A DNA stretch of 64,000 nt, taken from assembly GCA_013416795.1 (NCBI GenBank), contig RQSC01000002.1:121442-185441 (forward strand), written 5' to 3'. The notes beneath the pieces were generated by a model. It saw only the letters and a list, made by a program, of their open reading frames with translations. It was not told where the DNA came from and did no database searches. Position 1 is the first letter of the stretch, and every line of letters starts with the position of its first letter. Source of the DNA: Prasinococcaceae sp. CCMP 1430. Its lineage: Eukaryota > Plantae > Prasinodermophyta. Positions 56,976 to 64,000 of the stretch are shown one piece after another. The translations under genes and the position numbers were made by a program.

Positions 56976-57706
56976 ATGGCAACGGCGGCGCGCCTGACGA
57001 GCGCGCGCTGGCCGCGGCCGCGCTCTCGGCGACGCTGTGCGCGGCGCCGGTCGTGCCGCAGGCGCTGGCGATCCCGCAGACTGCGAACGAGGACTACTCA
57101 TACAGGTGCGACCAAAGCGTGTGCGCCACATGCACGCCCGCCCTCGCCGCCGTGCGCGAGCGCCCCGGCTGCGCGAGCGGCGGGCGCTCCGCGCTCGCGA
57201 CGGACCGCCGTGCGAGCAGACGTGGTGCGCGCCCACTGCGAAGCGTCCGCGCGCTGACGCCGTGCTCGCTTCCTCTCGCCGCCGGCGTACGCTCGTGCAG
57301 GGACTTTTCCGGGCAGGACTTGAGCGAGGAGGCTGCCGCCGCGATGCGCACGACCGCGGTGCAGTTCGCGAAGGGGCAGATGCAGGGCGCCGACTTCACG
57401 GACGCCAAGTGTCGCGGCGTGTCGTTCTTCGGCGCGATGATGAAGGAGGCCAAGCTCATCAACACTGACCTGAGCTACGCCAACCTCGGCCAAGCCAACC
57501 TGACGGGCGCCGACCTGTCGGGCGCGGTGCTTGAGGGCGCCATCTTCTCGTCTGCCGTCCTCGACGGGACGAACATCGAGAACTCGGACTGGTCCGAGGT
57601 GCTGCTGCGCGCGGACGTCAATGCGAAGCTGTGCGCCTCGCCAACTGCAAAGGGCGTCAACCCAGTCACCGGCGTGGCCACGCGCGACTCGCTCTTCTGC
57701 GACTGA
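56976..57706 (+). CDS. Thylakoid lumen pentapeptide-repeat protein (TL17-like)
   Basis: Lumen-transfer ALA cleavage motif (QALA-IPQ), A(D/N)LxG repeats, C-terminal LC...A.G.NP.TG..TRDSL.C. Probable intron 57106-57300. The transit peptide is frameshifted relative to ATG 56976. Confidence 0.85.
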
Positions 57707-58016
57707 GAAGCTCACGCGTGGGTGGCGCCAGGGCCGCCCGGTGCCCCACGCACCCCGCCCCACCTCGCTCTCCCCGCGCGCACGCGCGATGGGAGGTTTG
57801 TTGTTATGTACCAGCGTCTCCTGTGACCACAAGGCTCGCGAGCCTCGAGCACCCGTCATGTGCGGCTGACGGTCCGCCGCTGTTGTTCTGCGCGCACATG
57901 CCTGCGTCCCACAGCTCGTACAATCTAGCTAGCCAGTCGCGCGAGGAGTGACACAAGACCGGTCTGTTCTTATCCGATTTGGTAGGGGGCGGAGGTGCCT
58001 GGGTGGGCCCTCGTCT

Positions 58017-61000
58017 CTACGGAGTGCCGCCCTCCTCGGCCGTCGCCGTCTTAGCCTCCTCCGCCTCCCACGTCTTCGCAATGGCGTACTGCAGAGTCAC
58101 GGCGAAGGCCCACCTGCGCAGCAGGCCGAGAGGCTTGGAGGCTTCGAGAGCCTCCGAGTGGCTGACCGTCTCGAGGATCTTCGTGCACATGGTGAGGCGC
58201 TTGGCGCGCTTGGGCAAGAGCAGCTCCCGGATGTCGCGATGCAGCGCGGCCTTCATGTCGTTGAGGAGGCTGGTCTTGCTGCGCAGGTTGAGTTCCATGC
58301 CAAGCCTGCACAAGTGCCACAGTTCGTCACGCTCCGCGGGATCGACCGGAATTAAAGTTTTCGAGTCGAGCGCCCTTTTGATGCCTGGCTTACCAACAAC
58401 CAGCAGCGATGCAGCCACCACCCTGAGGACGTCCTCCGGCGGGTCTCTGTACGATCTGATCTCCTCCAAATCCCTCATCATGGTCTTGAGCACGCGTGTG
58501 ACGTGGACGGCGATGCCCTGCAGCGCAAAGGACGCCTCATCGAGCGGCATGAGCTTGCCAGATGCCACGATCGCCTCCACGCTCTCGTCTGACTCGAGCA
58601 CGCCGGTGATCCACGCCCATCTTTTGCGCCAAACTTTACGCGCGACTGACATCGCTTCGTTCATGACCTCCATCGCCTGCTGTACATGTGCAGACGTTGC
58701 GTGTGGCGCACTCCGAAGGTCCCAGGAGAACACGCCCCAGCTCACGCGTTCGTCGCTCATGGGCAGCAAGAGAATCTTCCCGACGTGGCGTGCCTCTCCG
58801 TGCTTGTAGCACTTCTGCTGCCCGATCACAATGCGCGCGGCGAGGCGCTCTTTCCCGTCGGCCAGCCCGTGCAACACGTCGCAGCCGCCCACGGGCTCCA
58901 GCTCTTCGTCTTCCTCCACCATCGAGCCCATGTCCGCCCGCACACGCACAGCTGTGCGGTTCGGCAGCGTCTCGGCGTACTCGCGGACGTATGAGCATAA
59001 CTCGTCTTCGTCGTGGGCCTCACGCATCTTCGCAGCCGCCTCGCGCGCCAAGGTGACGATCATGTGCTCGTCGACGTCGTGGGCCGTGCCCGTCTGCTGG
59101 CCGCCGACGTTCGCGGCCGTCTTCCTATACAGATGCGCCGCGTCCGCCATGAGGCCCAGGATCGTGGCGGCGCGTTCGTACCCTCGTGCTGATGTATCCG
59201 CGTGGTGCTGCAGCGCACCGGCGGCGAGCAGGGCGGGCTGCGCCGACAGGATTGCCGCAGCAACGCGCGGGTCGGCGCTTTCGAGCGCGGCCGAAGCTGA
59301 CGCAGGATCATCGTCTGCGTCATCGAGGGATTCGAAGAGTGCTCGCGCGGCCCCCTCGGTCCCTGCGCTGGCGTCCACGTGGTTCGAGTTGAGCTGTTCC
59401 CTCAGCGCTGCAACTTCCGCCGCGTCGGCGAAGTCCGCTGACAAGGAGAGCGCCTCCTCGCGTTCGTGCTCGACCTTATCGGCCGCCTTGACCATGGCAT
59501 CGACCTCGACGTTGCCGCTCTTCCGCAACAGATAGCAAACCGCGCCCGCCATGGGCTGCGAGGTGCGTGCCAGCGCCTCGAACATGACGCCACGGTGGTC
59601 CGGGGCGACGGCCTCGAGCGCTCTCGCCGCTGTCTCCGGCAGCATGTGCGCCGCCATTTCGCCCAGATCCTCTGGATCCTGCAGCGCGAGACACTCCGTA
59701 ATGGGCCCTTCCACCGCCGCAGGCAACGACGACAGCGCGGTGGCCGCTTCCGAGCGGAGCATCCTGAGGATCATTTGCGCCGCCTCGGTGGTGCTCTTTT
59801 CTGCCGCAGCCGCCAGCCGGCCGGTGATCGAGTTCGGGTCGGGCGACTGAATTGACGGATCGAAAGCAAAGCGGGCGAAAGGCACGTCCAGGACCGCCGC
59901 CATGCGCCTCTTTGTACTCTGAACCTTTTGCAGCTGCGCGGCCTTGAGCGTCTCGGCTTGCGCTTTGGCATCCTCGATCGCCCTGGCGGCATCCCTAGTC
60001 GCGATGGCCTCGGCCTCCAGCGCGCGGGCTTGGGCGGCGCTCAGCGCCTCCTTCAGGACAGCGCGCTCGTCCCTCTCAGCTCTGAGCGCCGCCTTGGCGA
60101 CGCTCAGGTCAGTCTCGCAGCGCTGGAAATCAGCCTTTGCCTGGTCGAGTGCCATCTCGAGCTCCTGGATGCGCTTGGTCGCTACGTCGAGCTCCGCCTG
60201 CTGCCTCTTGATTTGCTTTTCGTCCTCGGCATCATCATACGTCGCGATGGCGGCGATCGACTGACCGAGCGCCGCCTTCAGCTTCGCACGGACGGCCGCT
60301 TTCTTGGCGTCTCCCTCTACTTTGGCACGCTCCGCCTCAATGGCTGCTTTTAGCCAGCTGTCGAAGCCGACGTGGGCCGCCTTGAGCTCTGCGCGTGTCG
60401 CCGCGAGCTCGCGGCAGTAGTAGCTGAGATCGCCCGCGAGCATGTCTTGGAGCAGCGCCTGCAGGAGCGCGTTAAGCGGTTTGAGATCGCCGGGGCCTCG
60501 CGGCGCGACCGTGCGCAGCCAGCGCGCGAGCTCGAGGATGTCGGCCTTGCCAAGCGGCGTCGTCCCCTTGCTGCCAACGGGAGGCGCCCCGCCAGGCTGC
60601 GCTGCCGCGGGCACCGTTTGCGCGGACAGGGGCGCACCCGCGCTCAGAATCTCCCACGCCACGCTCGCCGCGAGGCGCTCATCATCTGTGCCGCCCGTTG
60701 ACGCATCCTCCACCGGCGGCCGCTCGAAGCCGAGCGCCCCGACGTCGAACGCGCCCGTCTGGTCTACGTTCACGCGCGCGACGGCTCCGTAGCTCAGGCG
60801 CTGGTACTGCGAGCGCCCGCAGCGAGGCAGCGCGGAGCGTTCGCTTACGATTAGCACGCGCACCCGCGTGCGCGCAGTGACGACACTCGTCAAACGCCCT
60901 CTGCCTCACGACCCAACAGGTGCGCGCGGCCGAGGTCCGCTCTCGCTCCCTCGCTCCGGGCCGCCGCGCTACGTACCTCGTTGGTCCACTGCGTTCCGTC

Positions 61001-61216
61001 GGCGTCGTGATGGAAGGCTGGCACCACGTCGTAGTGCCGCACTGCCGCGCTCGTCCAGCCGCCGCGTCCTCTGCCGTCGCCGAGGTCTCCAGCGGCGTTG
61101 AAGTAGTAGCGTCGCAGCAAGCCCGACTCGGACACCTCGGACTCGGTGCGCGACGTGCGCGAGAGGAGCGACGAGCGCGACGTTTGTCGGTGCAACGCTG
61201 GGGGCGGGAGCGCCAT
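58017..61216 (-). CDS. Large coiled-coil protein with helical repeats, a GAF-like segment and a C-terminal dynein MTBD-like domain; probably ciliary
   Basis: Exon 1 61216-60977, intron 60976-60807. C-terminal DLEEIRSYRDPPEDVLRVVAASLLVVG...W..CR...EALEASKPLGLLRRWAFAV. Confidence 0.6.
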
Positions 61217-62752
61217 CTCGCGCCGTTCGGCCGCGGCGCCGGCGCCGGCCCTCGCTCGCCGCCCCGCCCGCGCGCGAGCCCGAGCTGTCTCGTTTTGCGG
61301 CGCGCTTTTTTTTTTTTCTGAGGCGCCGATCGGCGCGCGCGCACGCGCGCCTGCGGCAGGACGGGACCCGCCTTCACGCGGCGAGGGCTCCTGCTGCCAA
61401 CCTCCCGTCCTCGCTCGCCGCCCCGCCCGCGCGCCCGCGCGCCGGCGCCCGCGGCGCGAGCAAGGACGGAGGGAAAGAGCCTCGCGACGGGGTGGGGGTG
61501 GGGGGGGAGCACCGCGCGTGAGCGGGCCGCTCTGGCAAGGGCGGGGGGGGGGGGTCCCGACACCCCACTACCTCGCCACTCCGCAGCTCCCGTGAGTGAG
61601 TGCGCTCGCGCTCGCGCGTGGAACCCTTACTACGTAACCACCTCCCCGGCGCCACGCGCGCGTTACCGGATCCGTCGCGTGCTCGCGCGCGCGCGCGCGC
61701 GGGTTGAGGCGCGCCCGCGGGGGAACCGCTGCGACGCGGGGCGGGCGCGCCCGCGGCCCACACGCGGCAAGGTCAAAGTCCATGGGGCGGAGGTACGGGT
61801 ACATCATACATATGTAGGGTTTGCATACATCGCAAATGCAATGTCGGGTTTGGTGTCCCGAGGTCGGGAGGGGAGGTCGAGGGCGCGCACTCATCAGTCG
61901 GCGCCGGCGCGCCGTTCCCCGGCTGCGTGCCCCCGCTGCGTGCGCGGATCGCAGCGCAGACCGACCGACCGACCGACCGAGGGCGGCCGTGTGTGCACAT
62001 CGCGCGAGCGACGCTGGCGAGTGGCGAGTGGCGTGAGGCGAGAATCTTCTTGGTGGGTGGGCGTGGGGGCACCATCAGTCAGGGTGAGTCGGTTCGGGGC
62101 TCGGCCAGGGCGGAACCCGGCCGGGCCCCGCCCGGCCAGCGGCCGTTGCCACGTGCGGGGGCCTGGCCGGTTGACGGACGGGTCGGGCTGGCTGGCCGGC
62201 GGGCAGATTTGACGGCGGCCGGATGGCGTGGCCGCTGGCCTCTGCAACGGCCACGGCCGCCGGGATCGGCAGCGGCACGCGTGGAGAGCCTCAAGGGGAG
62301 GCGGAAGAGGGGCGCACCATTCCCCGCGCGCTGCGCGCGTTTTGAATGGAGGAGCGTGCGTGAGCCGCGCGAGCCGCGCCTGTGCTGAGGTAGGCGCCCC
62401 GCGCGCGCGCGCGCGCACGCGCGCGCGTGCGCGCGCGCTCGCGTGCGCGTAGGGCGCCCTCGCCGGCGCGGGCGGCATGGCGGTGGATGCTGAGGCCGGC
62501 AACGGCGGTCTGGAGAGGGCCAATCGTGGCGACGCCGGCGCCAGCGGAAGGTGCGCGGAGCAAGCGCACACGCACTCGCGGCATCGTGCGCGCGCGCGCG
62601 CCACGGCGAGGTTGCGGCCCCGCACGCATGCACCGAGCGGCCCTGCGCGCGCAGGCATAGGTGTGCGCCAGCGGGCACTGACGTCCGCGCTCCCTCGTGC
62701 GCTTGCGCGCAGCGGCGGCAGCCCCAATGCGGCGCTGTCGCGTTCGGACACG

Positions 62753-64000
62753 ATGGCCGAGCGCATGCGCTCGCGAGGCGCTTTTCCGATGCCAACGCGC
62801 GACGAGATGCGCAAGCGGGTGCGCAGCCTGCTGCCCGTGCTCGAGTGGGGGAAAGACGTCTCCCGCGAGTCCTTGAAGAACGACGTCATCGCCGGTCTGA
62901 CCGTCGGCTGCATGCTGGTTCCCCAGTCAATGGCCTACGCGCTCCTCGCCGGGATGCCCATGATCTACGGCCTCTACAGCTCGTTTGTGCCGCTCGTCGT
63001 GTATGGATGCTTGAACACCAGCCGCGTGCAGGCCGTTGGCCCCGTGGCTATGGATGCCATGATGACGGCGTCGGTGGCCACCAACATCCTCGGAACCGAG
63101 CGCGCGGCGCAGTGCGATCCGTTGGTTCCCTCGACGTGCGGAGAGTACATCGCGCTGGCGCTGTTGCTCGCATTCTTCACCGGTCTGTTGCAGATGTGCT
63201 TCGGCGTGTTCCACCTGGGCATCATAGTCAACTTCCTGTCGCACAGCGTCATGTCAGGCTTCACCTCTGCTGCCGCGCTCGTCATCGGCCTCTCGCAGTG
63301 CAAGTACCTGCTTGGCGTGGATGTGCCGCGCCAGACGTACGCCTGGCAGACTGTGTACAAGCTCGCGAAGGCCATACCTGACCTTGACCTGAACAACTTG
63401 CCGGTGGCCATCATGTGCTGCGCAATCATCTATGGGCTCAAGTGGTGGAAGAAGACGCGGTACAAGAAGTCAAACCCGAGCAAGGCGCATCAATACTTCA
63501 AAATCGTGTGCGACCTGTCGGCGTTGATTAATACCGTCGTGGCTGCTGTGGTCACGTTCGTGATGTACAAGTCGGGGGTGGAGATTCCCATCGTCGGCGA
63601 TGTACCCTCCGGGTTGCCCGCGCCAGAGTTGCCGGCATTCAATGACTTCACCGACTACGGGCAGGTGATATCGGGCGCGTTGATCATTGGTCTCATCGGC
63701 TTTCTAGAGCTCATTGCTATCGCCCAGACGTACGCCAGCGAGCGCGGCTACGAGGTGGACACGAATCAGGAGTTTCTGGCGCTGGGTGCGGGCAACATGC
63801 TGGGTAGCTTGTTCAGCTCGTTTCCCATTGGAGGGTCGTTCTCGCGCACGGCCGTCAACGGGTCATCAGGCGCGGAGACGCCATTGTCGGGCTTGATCAC
63901 AGCCGCGGTCATCCTCCTCGCCGTGACAGCGCTGTCAAGCACATTCTTCTACATTCCCATGTGCTCGCTGGCGGCCATCGTTGTGGTGGCCGTGAAGGAT
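62753..64000 (+). CDS. SULTR: SulP/SLC26 sulfate (anion) transporter, 5' part; runs off the right edge
   Basis: DVIAGLTVG.MLVPQSMAYALLAG.P..YGLYSS, NFLSHSVMSGFTSAAA, DTNQEFLALG, GSFSRTAVN...GAET. Confidence 0.95.
   Translation, partial: MAERMRSRGAFPMPTRDEMRKRVRSLLPVLEWGKDVSRESLKNDVIAGLTVGCMLVPQSMAYALLAGMPMIYGLYSSFVPLVVYGCLNTSRVQAVGPVAMDAMMTASVATNILGTERAAQCDPLVPSTCGEYIALALLLAFFTGLLQMCFGVFHLGIIVNFLSHSVMSGFTSAAALVIGLSQCKYLLGVDVPRQTYAWQTVYKLAKAIPDLDLNNLPVAIMCCAIIYGLKWWKKTRYKKSNPSKAHQYFKIVCDLSALINTVVAAVVTFVMYKSGVEIPIVGDVPSGLPAPELPAFNDFTDYGQVISGALIIGLIGFLELIAIAQTYASERGYEVDTNQEFLALGAGNMLGSLFSSFPIGGSFSRTAVNGSSGAETPLSGLITAAVILLAVTALSSTFFYIPMCSLAAIVVVAVKD

Noticed and set aside
2076-60976. Introner-like mobile introns
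   Set aside because: Introns share only splice signals and (GC)n composition. There are no near-identical copies or terminal repeats.
208-63896. Hundreds of overlapping Arg/Ala/Pro-rich ORFs, including long antisense ORFs (e.g. 21298-23289, 36518-39202, 43139-45115)
   Set aside because: Shadow frames expected at very high GC with few stop codons. They have no domain motifs.

Overview
This is a nuclear (eukaryotic) region of a very GC-rich, gene-dense green alga of prasinophyte grade, possibly Prasinoderma-like (inference from starch synthase I, an LHC-like protein, a thylakoid pentapeptide protein, a CDPK, few short introns and (GC)n-rich non-coding DNA). About 30 protein genes or gene fragments are present, mostly as alternating convergent/divergent pairs. 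Introns have GTGCGY donors and a GCTGAC branch site. Housekeeping and metabolic genes: CDPK, BUB3, organellar LeuRS, eIF2B-gamma, eIF3e, HemE, SRP72, a PUFA elongase, SS1, RNase Z, MgtE-like and SulP transporters. Four genes are cilium-related: SPEF2/CPC1, an AXDND1-like protein, EFHB/FAP21 and a non-motor protein ending in a dynein-MTBD-like domain. Unusual domain fusions: NudC plus phosphohistidine phosphatase (Janus/Ocnus), SAP plus RNase Z, peroxiredoxin-like plus fibrillin-like, and an in-frame HemE-SRP72 chimera that is probably an assembly collapse. Recurrent non-coding signals: an intergenic 11-mer CCATCAGTCAG (4 exact copies), telo-boxes, MSA/E2F-like sites before a ZWINT/Sos7-like kinetochore gene, and TGTAC/GTACA motifs at 3' ends. 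The assembly is a draft with N gaps, apparent collapses in GC tracts and orphan gene fragments, so several oddities need read-level checking. No rRNA, tRNA, CRISPR or intact transposon was recognised. All family assignments come from remembered motifs, not database searches.
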